Source of the DNA: Escherichia phage vB_EcoM_LNA4
Reading direction: 5' to 3' (one strand)
DNA: 64,000 nucleotides
Sequence record: MZ311864.1
Shown: positions 1 to 9,485 of the stretch, piece after piece
How the letters are laid out: every line of letters starts with the position of its first letter
How positions within the stretch are numbered: the stretch's first letter is position 1
The notes under the pieces: model-generated
What the model saw: only the letters and a program-made list of their open reading frames with translations
Databases searched by the model: none
Told to the model about the DNA's origin: nothing
Program-made: the position numbers and the translations under genes

Positions 1-1
1 C

Positions 2-499
2 TGGAACGAGAAGGCTTGGGACGGCTATGAGGCTCGTGCTTTCTTCTGTGTGTGTCGTTGCATCTATGAACTCTCTCAGCGTGGTGAGTCCATTCCTAGC
101 AAGCTATTTACTGTTGCGAAGAACTGGGTTGATTATCTGAAGTGGTTCCAAGACAACAACGAGGGCCGTACCCCAACAATCTTTAACCCTGACGGTACTG
201 TTCTGGCACCAGAGGATGACTTTACAAGCCACATGTCAGCGTTGTTCATGGGTGGTTGCTCCATCCTCGGAATGGCGGGGATGCGTAACCGTATTCCTAA
301 TATTGACATTGTGGCGGAGCGTTGTTTCAGTCTGATCCAAGAGAACTACATCATTCTTACTGCCAATCACCCTATGAATGGTAGCTGGTCTGTTGCCCCT
401 CGTGCAGATACTGACAATGGGATGTTCTTTGGCTTCCATGCTGGGGAACTGTTACGAGGATTTGGACTGTATGCTATGTACAGAAACCTTACAAGATAA
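2..499 (+). CDS. structural protein, 5'-truncated by window edge
   Basis: Frame is open from the window start; ORF track 50..499; immediately upstream of tailspike gene. Confidence 0.4.
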   Translation, partial: WNEKAWDGYEARAFFCVCRCIYELSQRGESIPSKLFTVAKNWVDYLKWFQDNNEGRTPTIFNPDGTVLAPEDDFTSHMSALFMGGCSILGMAGMRNRIPNIDIVAERCFSLIQENYIILTANHPMNGSWSVAPRADTDNGMFFGFHAGELLRGFGLYAMYRNLTR

Positions 500-508
500 G
501 AGGAATTA

Positions 509-2647
509 ATGGCAGAACTATTACCTACCGTCAAGATTTCGGACCTGCCGACTGCGACGGATTCTTTCGAGGGAGATTTTCTGGTTGTTGACCAATCGGA
601 TGCTACACGTAAATCCACATGGTCAAGCCTGTTTTCCCGCTTCGGTGTTATGCGTATGTTCTCATTCCAGGATGGTGGTACGCTGACCTCCGCTAAGGAC
701 CAGGTAATTGACCGAACAACCAACAAGGTATACCAGTGGACGGGGACTTACCCTAAGCTGGTCCCTGCTAACTCAACCCCGGAAAGCACCGGGGGTGTTG
801 GCACCGGAGGGTGGTCAGTTAACGATCCTTCTCTCCGTGGAGACCTTGCCGGGATCAACGGATCAACCTACGTTGGTGGCCCTGCGGGTACGGTGGCACA
901 ATCCCTTGATGGGTTTGTAACACCCTCTCAGTTTGTTGGGAAATACCCATCAACAAGTGAAGCAGTAACTGCAATGGTTGCTTATGCGAAAACCAACAAG
1001 AAAGCTATTCTGGCTTGGGGCTGGGAACTGACACTAGAGACAAGTGTTTACATCGACGGTGTAGAGTGGTATGGTGGTGCATTCAACCAGTCCGGCGGTA
1101 ACCGCTATATGTACTTGTCAAACAGTACATTCCGTTGGACTACCTTTACTGGGGTTTGTACCCGCCACTACGGTGGGCGACTGATCATCACTGATTCTGC
1201 TTGGTTAAACAACACAAACACAGCAGCAATGCTGATTCAGGCACTCCCTGTTGATGGTACAATTGACATTCTTGACAGTGATTTCCGTGGGTGTAAATAC
1301 GGTATCCTGCAACAAGGTACTGGCGCTCTGATCACCCGTGCTCGTTTTGCTCGACTGAACTTCAATGATTTGACAGGCGATGCGATTGAGTGTAACGTTG
1401 TTAACCGTCACTACAAAGCGGGTGGTTTGACAATCGAAGATATCAACATTGACAATATCAACAACACAGACAACTCTCCTAACTGGGGTATCGGTATCGG
1501 TGTTGCTGGTCAGGGTCCATACGGTGCCAACGCTTCCGATGACCAGTACGTCAGTGGGATCATCATTCGTAACGTCAAGATGCGCCGTGTACGTCAGTGT
1601 ATCCACTTCGAACTTTGCCGAGATTTCAAGGTAGAGAACGTAGAGGTTTACCCGGACGCTTCCGTTTCTAACGGTACACTTCTGGCATCGGGCGGTGTTG
1701 TTTGCTACGGCTCTAAAGACTTCATCATTGATGGTGTTCGTGGAGAGATGGTTAATGGTGCAACACGCTTCATTTACTTTGGTTGGGGTGTTAACGCCGG
1801 AACATATGCTGCTCCGTGTCGTGACTTTACGTTGAGAAACGTTAGAACCCACACTGGGCTGGTAGACATCCCTGTGAGTGCCAGAGATGACTGGACTAAC
1901 ACTGTGACGGTTGAGGATGTCGAGTGCGACACCTTCAAATACCGTGGTCTTGTTTCACGTCTTCGTCTTGCAGACATCCGTTGCAATCTCTTTGATGGTA
2001 TCGGTGACTACGAGGCAGGCCAAGGTGAGGCAGGTGGGGCTATGAAACGCTGGGCTTGGTGTTCTGCCGAGATCCTGAATATCAACAGCCTTGATGCTAA
2101 CGGTGTTGCGAACGGTAGTTTTGGACAGGTTGGCTTCGACCATGTTACGACATACGGTTGTAACTTTGACGTAGTTCAACACTCCAAGACAAATGGTAAC
2201 CGTGGTGTTACACTGTTGAACGCTGGGAACATTTACATCGCTGATAACGACCTTTTCCCACAAGGTAAAGAGTTCGTGAAAGGTGACATCATTCTTAAAA
2301 AGACTGGTGGTTTATTCGTTGTTGAAACTGGAGGTTCCTACATTGAAGCAAATGACTTTATCCGTGCTACAACAGTCGGATCTAAGACCATTCAATGTGC
2401 TGCCGATTCCGGAGTAAGTCAGCCTTGGGCGACTCGTGCGTTTAAATCCGCAGGTCTCCAGTTGACCATCCCAGGAGCAGGCGCTGGAGGTACAGACCTG
2501 AAGACAACCGTCATTCGCGCTCCATATCAAAACGGGGCCTGGACAACACCGTTCTATCTGGATATTGCTGATCCTATTCAGACAGCCACTCCTGATAATA
2601 CGGCTCTTGTTTCAACAAACCCGGTAGTATACAGCGAAAGGACTTAA
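509..2647 (+). CDS. tailspike / tail-fibre protein with beta-helix-like repeats
   Basis: 712-aa ORF with Gly/Asn/Thr-rich repetitive beta-helix-like segments; terminator follows. Confidence 0.6.
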   Translation: MAELLPTVKISDLPTATDSFEGDFLVVDQSDATRKSTWSSLFSRFGVMRMFSFQDGGTLTSAKDQVIDRTTNKVYQWTGTYPKLVPANSTPESTGGVGTGGWSVNDPSLRGDLAGINGSTYVGGPAGTVAQSLDGFVTPSQFVGKYPSTSEAVTAMVAYAKTNKKAILAWGWELTLETSVYIDGVEWYGGAFNQSGGNRYMYLSNSTFRWTTFTGVCTRHYGGRLIITDSAWLNNTNTAAMLIQALPVDGTIDILDSDFRGCKYGILQQGTGALITRARFARLNFNDLTGDAIECNVVNRHYKAGGLTIEDINIDNINNTDNSPNWGIGIGVAGQGPYGANASDDQYVSGIIIRNVKMRRVRQCIHFELCRDFKVENVEVYPDASVSNGTLLASGGVVCYGSKDFIIDGVRGEMVNGATRFIYFGWGVNAGTYAAPCRDFTLRNVRTHTGLVDIPVSARDDWTNTVTVEDVECDTFKYRGLVSRLRLADIRCNLFDGIGDYEAGQGEAGGAMKRWAWCSAEILNINSLDANGVANGSFGQVGFDHVTTYGCNFDVVQHSKTNGNRGVTLLNAGNIYIADNDLFPQGKEFVKGDIILKKTGGLFVVETGGSYIEANDFIRATTVGSKTIQCAADSGVSQPWATRAFKSAGLQLTIPGAGAGGTDLKTTVIRAPYQNGAWTTPFYLDIADPIQTATPDNTALVSTNPVVYSERT

Positions 2648-2654
2648 ATAACAA

Positions 2655-2676
2655 GGGGCTTCGGCCCCTTTTCTCA
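2655..2676 (+). terminator. rho-independent terminator
   Basis: GGGGCttcgGCCCC hairpin followed by TTTTCT. Confidence 0.6.
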
Positions 2677-2755
2677 TTATAAGCCTTTATAATTAAATCA
2701 CAATATGATAAAATAGCAACATCTTAGAGCAAAAATCTAGCAAGAGGAGGCGTTC

Positions 2756-4249
2756 GTGGCTGCTCAATATGGATTAAACGACTACGGCTTTGCGATCCCA
2801 TCCCTTGATGATCTAATCGCAGATACAAAGCAGTCACTAATCCGAACTTTCGGTGAGAACTTCAACACACAGTCAAACACTATTGTTGATAAGCTTACCA
2901 CAATTTTGAATGAAAGGGAGTACCAGTTAATCCTTCTGGCTGCGGCTGTGTATTCTGCACAGACCCTTGCAGGTGCTGAAGGTATTTACCTGGATGAACT
3001 GCTTGGTCGTCGTGGTATTTATCGTCGTGGGAAAACAAGAGGCTCCGGTACGGTACAGATGGTTGTAAACAACACTGTGCCATACAACATGATCTACAGT
3101 GCTGCAACATATAGCATCGACAGTGGCAACTTCGTACTTAACCAAGACACCCCGGTAGCTGGTAATATCCTTGCACAGCAAATCCTGAACCCGGACTGGG
3201 TGCTTGGTAACTACACCTTCCAGATGATGAACCAGAATGATGGTACAACTAAGACAATGGCCCTGACCCTGAGCAACAAAACGCCTAACAGCGCTCAGAT
3301 GAATGCCTTTATGTCTTCCATCAAAGACTTTATCATCCAGAACACCACGCAGTTAAACGAAGACAGAATCTTCATTGATTCTGCCAACGGTGCTCTGTAT
3401 ATTGGTTATGATGCCAACAAAAAAATGATCGGTCTTAACAGCCGTGTTGATTTTCGTTCCTCCCCAGTTATCGGGCAGAGAACGATCACGATGGATGTTA
3501 TTGCCGCTGAAGCTGGTGAGATCTCTCGTGAAGCAAACACCGTAACAAACATCAGCCCAACCCCAAGTGGCTTTATCAGTATGACGAACATGGCTGCATT
3601 TAACGATGGGTCAGACGTTGAAACCGATACAGACTACAAGGTCCGTGCTGCTAACAGTACAGCCGCTGGCGCTGCTGCTACCCGTCCTGCTGTCATCTCT
3701 GCTGTTCTTAACGTAGAGGGTGTCAGCAAGGTCCGTGTGTTCTCTAACAACACCGGATCAACGGATCAGTATGGTGTGCCTGCATATAAGTTCGAAACTG
3801 TTGTGTATGGTGGTTCAACTGAGGATATCAGTCAAGCGCTTTATAACACAATTGCATTATCCAACGCAACCTATGGTAATGTCTTCTATGATATCACCAC
3901 AGAGGATGATCAGACAGAACGAATTTTCCACAGTAAGGCTCAGGCCCGTGAACTCGCACTTCGCGTTCGTTACAAAGGGAAACTTCTCTCAGTCACAGAG
4001 CAAAACACAATCAAAGATGCTTTGAAGGCAGTTGTTGATCCTTTAAACATCGCAGACACCCTGTACAACATTCAGTTGGTATCTGCGGTAGGTTCTTCAA
4101 TCTCTCCTGGTCGATTCACTCAACTGTTTGTTGATGTAAAGAATGTTGGTCAACCAGACAGTTCCTACACAAACAGCGATGTGGTGGCCGGGATGACACA
4201 AGTCTTCGCACTGGATACAGACGACATCACCTTCCAGCAAATCATCTAA
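2756..4249 (+). CDS. baseplate J-like protein
   Basis: 497-aa ORF with AGGAGG RBS; N-terminal region resembles baseplate J family; sits among tail genes. Confidence 0.5.
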   Translation: MAAQYGLNDYGFAIPSLDDLIADTKQSLIRTFGENFNTQSNTIVDKLTTILNEREYQLILLAAAVYSAQTLAGAEGIYLDELLGRRGIYRRGKTRGSGTVQMVVNNTVPYNMIYSAATYSIDSGNFVLNQDTPVAGNILAQQILNPDWVLGNYTFQMMNQNDGTTKTMALTLSNKTPNSAQMNAFMSSIKDFIIQNTTQLNEDRIFIDSANGALYIGYDANKKMIGLNSRVDFRSSPVIGQRTITMDVIAAEAGEISREANTVTNISPTPSGFISMTNMAAFNDGSDVETDTDYKVRAANSTAAGAAATRPAVISAVLNVEGVSKVRVFSNNTGSTDQYGVPAYKFETVVYGGSTEDISQALYNTIALSNATYGNVFYDITTEDDQTERIFHSKAQARELALRVRYKGKLLSVTEQNTIKDALKAVVDPLNIADTLYNIQLVSAVGSSISPGRFTQLFVDVKNVGQPDSSYTNSDVVAGMTQVFALDTDDITFQQII

Positions 4250-4259
4250 CGAGGTAAGC

Positions 4260-4892
4260 ATGGCAGATTATCTAAAGGATGTCAACCACATCCATACTCT
4301 GCCAGATTTCGTACAGGGTGGTATTGATTACCTCCCTGGCGATTTTCTGAAAGAGAAAGAAAACCTTGTCAAGTTCATGACGGTATATCTCGAAAGACTT
4401 AAAGCAATTGACGAAATGTGGGTCAATCTGTCTGAAGGTAGATTACTGAAGAATGCAACTGGTGTCAACCTCGATGAGATTGGCAAGCAGGTGGGGATTG
4501 AGCGTAACGGTCTTAGCGATATGAACTATCGTGCGATCATCATCATCCTCCTTGCGAGTGCTGCGAAGCACGGTACAAGACCAGAGGTTATTGACACACT
4601 TGACCAACTGTTCGGGACAGGAAATTTCACCACGTATAAGGGTGACAACTACCGTTTCGACATTAACATTTCAAAGACGTGTTTTGAATTGGAGACAGCC
4701 CTCCAGGAAATCCAAGACATGTTGCCTATGCCTACCCACCTGAGACTCACAGAGTCCAGCGGTACGGCTTTTGGTTTCTCAGGCGATAAGTATGCACTTG
4801 GGTTTGGTTCAGTCCACTCAGGTGGTCGTACAGGTGAAGGTGGCCTTGCACACCTGACATATACGTCTGATGAAGAGAATACCTTGATTTAA
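4260..4892 (+). CDS. baseplate/tail protein
   Basis: 210-aa ORF tightly packed after baseplate J-like gene. Confidence 0.45.
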   Translation: MADYLKDVNHIHTLPDFVQGGIDYLPGDFLKEKENLVKFMTVYLERLKAIDEMWVNLSEGRLLKNATGVNLDEIGKQVGIERNGLSDMNYRAIIIILLASAAKHGTRPEVIDTLDQLFGTGNFTTYKGDNYRFDINISKTCFELETALQEIQDMLPMPTHLRLTESSGTAFGFSGDKYALGFGSVHSGGRTGEGGLAHLTYTSDEENTLI

Positions 4893-4903
4893 GGGAGATA
4901 GCA

Positions 4904-6016
4904 ATGGCAGCGCCAACAGTACCTATTGAAATTTGGGCCTATGGGAACATTGTCCTCCCTAATACCCACGAGTTAAACAAATCCCGTCCTATTGATGACC
5001 TTTGGAACAAAGGTTGGGACATGGGTGAAAAACCTTCTTGCGAAGAGTTCAACTATGTGCTAAACATGGTTACGGCATGGGCCAAGTACATCACTGGTGA
5101 ACAGATCCCCGCTCTTGATAGCCGATTCCTACGTGTTACTCAGAACTTGGCTGATGTACCCAACAAGGCCACTGCTCGTACAAACCTCGATGTGTGGAGC
5201 AAGGGAGAGTCCGACACGCGTTATGTGAATGTGTCTGGTGACACCATGACCGGGAACCTTTCTGTTCCTCGTTTAGATTTGCAGGCATCTTCTTCTGACT
5301 TTGCCTACATCACCACAACTAACCCAGCATCTGACTGGACATACTTTGATTTTGTTCTTGGTGATAATCCAGGGACGGCAGGGTCTTCCGGTGTTGATAC
5401 AATGCGTTTCCGCTTCACACCTTCTGGTGGCAGCATCTTTAACATGATGGAGCTGAACGCTATCAGCGCCACTGCTGCCCTGTGTCGTGTAACAGGTAAC
5501 ATCATCGCGAGCGGAAGTATTCAGGGTTCTTCAATGACAGCAACCTCTGCAACTTTCACGAACGGTACAGTAAGCAACACCTGGACGGTAAACACCCTCC
5601 AGTCAACAACAACCCGTGCGACCAACGTTGTGGCTACAAACAACGTATCCACCGGGACACTGAACGTAAGCTCAACAACCACAACTGCTAACCTTGTTGT
5701 CCAGAACAACAGTGCAACGGTTGGTGGTCGTCACGTTGTCCGTGCTGTGAACGGTAACACTGCTGATGGTAACGGTAACGTAACAATCTCCCTGCCTCCG
5801 CAAGGTGTTCAGGATGTTCGTCTGGGTTCAGAGATCTCTACGAACCGTTATTCTCTTGGTGGTGAATCCTTTGTGTATCGTGCGCCTGGGGGATGTGTTG
5901 TGACAGGTTTCAACATCTGGTCAAAATCTGGTAACAACGATGAATTCCGCGATATGTATTCTCGCCCAATCCAGAAGTATATCAACGGCGGTTGGTACAC
6001 AATCGGACAGCTCTAA
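4904..6016 (+). CDS. tail fibre protein
   Basis: 370 aa, Thr/Asn/Val-rich repetitive fibre-like sequence. Confidence 0.5.
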   Translation: MAAPTVPIEIWAYGNIVLPNTHELNKSRPIDDLWNKGWDMGEKPSCEEFNYVLNMVTAWAKYITGEQIPALDSRFLRVTQNLADVPNKATARTNLDVWSKGESDTRYVNVSGDTMTGNLSVPRLDLQASSSDFAYITTTNPASDWTYFDFVLGDNPGTAGSSGVDTMRFRFTPSGGSIFNMMELNAISATAALCRVTGNIIASGSIQGSSMTATSATFTNGTVSNTWTVNTLQSTTTRATNVVATNNVSTGTLNVSSTTTTANLVVQNNSATVGGRHVVRAVNGNTADGNGNVTISLPPQGVQDVRLGSEISTNRYSLGGESFVYRAPGGCVVTGFNIWSKSGNNDEFRDMYSRPIQKYINGGWYTIGQL

Positions 6017-6027
6017 CAGGAGGCTAA

Positions 6028-6543
6028 ATGGTACACCTTAAGAATGTGGAGATCTATACTCCTGAGAAAGTACCTGAAGAACTCGCAACCTACGGGGTGA
6101 TGTTCTTTAGATCTGAGGATGGTCAGGATTTCTACGAGGCCATCAAAGACATGAAAGAAGACACAATGAAGGTCTTATACGCAGATGGTATTGTAACAGG
6201 GTTTTCCCTTGATGCAAGCTCTCTGTATCCACCGGGTGCCTCTCTCGTTGAGGTCCCTCTGGATAAAGTCCCTGCGGATCTTGAACTTGGTCGGAAATAT
6301 CTCTTTGATGCAAAGACTCTCAAATTCAAAGTCAACCCTGACTTCTTGACAAGAGATCTTGACATCCAGAAGCAAAACCTACTGGCGCTGGCGAACGATA
6401 AGATCGCCCAGTATCAGGATAAGGTGGATCTGGAGACCGCTACCAAGGGAGAGGTAACCGCCCTTAAGAACTGGAAAGCCTATAGAATCAAAGTTCGTGA
6501 AGCGACTGACGTGGGTTCTCTACCAAAACAACCACGCGTGTAA
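6028..6543 (+). CDS. tail fibre assembly (chaperone)-like protein
   Basis: 171 aa directly downstream of a fibre gene; resembles Tfa-type chaperones. Confidence 0.45.
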   Translation: MVHLKNVEIYTPEKVPEELATYGVMFFRSEDGQDFYEAIKDMKEDTMKVLYADGIVTGFSLDASSLYPPGASLVEVPLDKVPADLELGRKYLFDAKTLKFKVNPDFLTRDLDIQKQNLLALANDKIAQYQDKVDLETATKGEVTALKNWKAYRIKVREATDVGSLPKQPRV

Positions 6544-6552
6544 GGAGCTACC

Positions 6553-6867
6553 ATGTCCATTGATCTATTTGCTATCCTGAAAGCTGTCTGGGGCGTTGTC
6601 ACGTTTGTCCTGATTGGTGTCCTTAGAATCACATACTCCGATTACAAAAAAACGCAAGAACGCCTTGATGAACTTGATAAAGATATCATAAGGATTAAGG
6701 CAGAGATGGTCACAAAAGAGAAACTGGATGAGATTCTGGATAAGAAACTCAAGACTGTTCGTGATGACGTTTCAGAATTGCGTAAGGACATCAAAGAAGA
6801 CGTGGGTGATCTGAGAGCAGACCTGAGCAATCAGTTTAAAATGCTCATGGAGCGTCAACTTAGATGA
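6553..6867 (+). CDS. membrane-anchored coiled-coil protein
   Basis: N-terminal hydrophobic helix then charged heptad-like region. Confidence 0.45.
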   Translation: MSIDLFAILKAVWGVVTFVLIGVLRITYSDYKKTQERLDELDKDIIRIKAEMVTKEKLDEILDKKLKTVRDDVSELRKDIKEDVGDLRADLSNQFKMLMERQLR

Positions 6868-7337
6868 TAAGTTCAGCACTGTATTTTATTTGCTTTGCAG
6901 TGCTGCTGCTTAACGCTGACAAGGGAATACGGATCATGTCGATTTTTGGTATGATCCATATTCTTTTAGAGAATGCACTGTACTGGTGGTTCTCTGCTCA
7001 CGGCGTTTATTTTGATTTGTCGTTGTATATGACCCTGTGTTGGTTGCTCGACATCGCCCTTTTATTCGGTACAGCGTGTGTATTGTCGGGATGGAAGAAG
7101 AAGTTGACACTTTCAGTGTCAGTTCCGATACTCTTCTGCCAGATAATAGTCATGCAATTTCCATTCCTCTTACCCTTTGCATTGAACTTTGTCATCAACT
7201 CGTCATATCAGTCCTTAATGGAAGTGCTGATCCTTTGCGCCTCTTTCAAGGATAACACAATCAAAGAGTGGATAAAAACTGCAACAGTGGTAAGCCTCGT
7301 GGTTCTTGCAAGGTTCCTACCCATGTTAGTTCATTGA
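6864..7337 (+). CDS. multi-pass membrane protein
   Basis: 157 aa, several hydrophobic segments; start overlaps previous stop. Confidence 0.45.
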   Translation: MISSALYFICFAVLLLNADKGIRIMSIFGMIHILLENALYWWFSAHGVYFDLSLYMTLCWLLDIALLFGTACVLSGWKKKLTLSVSVPILFCQIIVMQFPFLLPFALNFVINSSYQSLMEVLILCASFKDNTIKEWIKTATVVSLVVLARFLPMLVH

Positions 7338-7352
7338 GAATCTTGAGGAAAT

Positions 7353-7622
7353 ATGTTAAAATCAATAATGAAATTTTTGAAGGATCTCGTTAGGTCACCA
7401 GTTGATCCGGCGAAGGCCTCACACACAAAGTTCTGGAGCAATATCGGCCTGGCATCTATGACCGCAGTATTCCTCTATTGGGGATTCAAAGGCACGTTGA
7501 CAGAGTGGTACATGTGGGTTTATGCACCCACTGTTGCTGCACCGCAACTTATCAGCAAACTCATCTCTCTCCGCTGGGGCGTAACAGAAGCCCAGCGCGA
7601 AGATCAAAAGTCAGACCAATAA
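7353..7622 (+). CDS. small membrane protein
   Basis: 89 aa with central hydrophobic segment. Confidence 0.4.
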   Translation: MLKSIMKFLKDLVRSPVDPAKASHTKFWSNIGLASMTAVFLYWGFKGTLTEWYMWVYAPTVAAPQLISKLISLRWGVTEAQREDQKSDQ

Positions 7623-7632
7623 GGAGACTCTT

Positions 7633-9441
7633 GTGGCAGATATGACTCAATTTGAACAGGCTGTTGATCAGGTCATCGAAGACTCTGAACGCCTGCACAA
7701 AGTTGTCAACGGAACGGCTTCTGAAACTGTTGTTACTGAAGATGGTAGCACCATCCCAACAGTTCGTAAAGCACTTCTCGACAACTTATTTTTCAAGACA
7801 CCGCCTATTCCTTGGGTAGCCGGGTCTCAGGCAACGGTCTTTAACCAGCTTTACGCATTCAACGGTACAAATGGTATCCAGTGGTGGTATGCACCTGGTG
7901 CAACAGCAACCACCCCTGTAACCCTGCCTGCAAACCCATCTACCAGTGTAAGCTGGAGACTGTATAATGATGCGGCTGCGATGGCTTCCATCTATGCCCC
8001 TATCAACAGCCCGATCCTGACTGGTAACCCGCAGGCACCTACCCCTGCTGCTAACAGCAACAGCACCACGATTGCAACAACAGCCTTTGTGACAACAGCA
8101 ATTGCAAGCGCACTGTCCAGCATCTCTGGTGGTAGCGTTACTTTTGCAAACGTAACTGTCTCTGGGGCAACAACACTGAATACCCTTACCGTCAACGGCA
8201 CAACTACGTTAAACGGTCCGGTGAACGCAGACAACTCTACGGGTCGTTTCCAGAACCTGATCTTGACTAAGCAGGCCTCCAGCCTGACATTTGTCTACAC
8301 AGATGCTGCTAACCCGACATTCTTCAAGACACGTCTTGATCCTTACGCGATCCAGACCCATAACCTGCAAACAGACATTATTGTCAACGGTACAGTTTCC
8401 GCTGATGACACCACAATGTCAATGACGGGTGTTGGTAACAACGTCTTCGATTATGTTTATATTCGCGGTAATAACGCGAAAGATATCTCTGCTCCACGAC
8501 TGAAAGTTTCAGGGATGACTGAGGTAGAGAACCTTCACATCACAGGCTCTGTAACTGGTTTAAGCTTCAGTGTAAATGGCTTAGATATCAGCCCTAACTC
8601 TGTAACAACCACAGCAGGTATCACCGTAGGTTCCGATCTGCAAGTGAACGGGTCTGCAACGCTGGGGAACACCACGGTTTCAAGTCTTGAAGTGATCAAT
8701 ACCCTGAAGGTAGATGGTTCTACAACGCTTGTTGACTTCACAGCTTCAAGTGGTACAATCACAGGGCCTTTCACTGTCGGGGGACTAAGCAACCTGAATG
8801 GTGGTTTCACTACAGGATCAGCCAACGGTACAATCGGCGGCAACCTTTCTGTAACCGGATCAACAGAGCTTCTTTCTGGTCTGAATGTAACTGGCGATGT
8901 TGCGATCACTGGTAACCTATCAGCGACTGGCGATGTCAACCTGAATAACGGTTCCGGAACAACAACTGTCAACAACCTTGTGATCCAAGGTACTGTGACA
9001 GGGCTTACTGTTGACCTGACCGGACAATCCATCAGTGTGGCATCCTTGACCGCAACAGGATCTGTGACGACAGCAACACTGACTGTTCAGGATAGTGCAG
9101 ACCTTCCTAATGCCCGTGTTGGATTCTTGACGCTGGTTGCGGAAGATGTTGAGAGTTCCACTGCGAACTGGACCCCAAGCGGGACATCCAACATCTATAC
9201 GGTTCTGGTTGACGCAGACCTGACAATCGGTGCATGGCCTTCTCCACCTAACGCATTCTCTGCAATGATTTACCTGACGCAGGATGCAACCGGAGGACAC
9301 ACGGTAACACTCGACCCTAACTATCTGGTGCTTAACAGCGAAACAATTAACCAGACAGCAGGGTCTGTGACTATTCTTCAACTTACCTACAACGGGGTTG
9401 AAGATGGGGTTATCGACACAGTGATTGTTCGTCGTCCATAA
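7633..9441 (+). CDS. tail fibre protein
   Basis: 602 aa; fibre-like motif NSPILTGNPQAPTPAANSNSTTIATTAFV and long Thr/Gly/Asn/Val repeats. Confidence 0.6.
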   Translation: MADMTQFEQAVDQVIEDSERLHKVVNGTASETVVTEDGSTIPTVRKALLDNLFFKTPPIPWVAGSQATVFNQLYAFNGTNGIQWWYAPGATATTPVTLPANPSTSVSWRLYNDAAAMASIYAPINSPILTGNPQAPTPAANSNSTTIATTAFVTTAIASALSSISGGSVTFANVTVSGATTLNTLTVNGTTTLNGPVNADNSTGRFQNLILTKQASSLTFVYTDAANPTFFKTRLDPYAIQTHNLQTDIIVNGTVSADDTTMSMTGVGNNVFDYVYIRGNNAKDISAPRLKVSGMTEVENLHITGSVTGLSFSVNGLDISPNSVTTTAGITVGSDLQVNGSATLGNTTVSSLEVINTLKVDGSTTLVDFTASSGTITGPFTVGGLSNLNGGFTTGSANGTIGGNLSVTGSTELLSGLNVTGDVAITGNLSATGDVNLNNGSGTTTVNNLVIQGTVTGLTVDLTGQSISVASLTATGSVTTATLTVQDSADLPNARVGFLTLVAEDVESSTANWTPSGTSNIYTVLVDADLTIGAWPSPPNAFSAMIYLTQDATGGHTVTLDPNYLVLNSETINQTAGSVTILQLTYNGVEDGVIDTVIVRRP

Positions 9442-9446
9442 TATCA

Positions 9447-9474
9447 GGGGCTGTCTTCGGACAGCCTTTTCTTT
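9447..9474 (+). terminator. rho-independent terminator
   Basis: GGCTGTCttcgGACAGCC hairpin plus T-tract. Confidence 0.6.
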
Positions 9475-9485
9475 AGGAGGTTTTA

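Noticed and set aside
1205-2530. Antisense ORFs inside the tailspike gene (1205..1852, 1955..2263, 2312..2530 on minus)
   Set aside because: Fully contained in a long, well-supported gene on the opposite strand, with no RBS or promoter and low-complexity translations.
8535-9381. Minus-strand ORFs 8535..9032 and 8920..9381 inside a tail-fibre gene
   Set aside because: Antisense shadows of a repetitive gene; Cys/Pro-rich translations typical of a non-coding frame.
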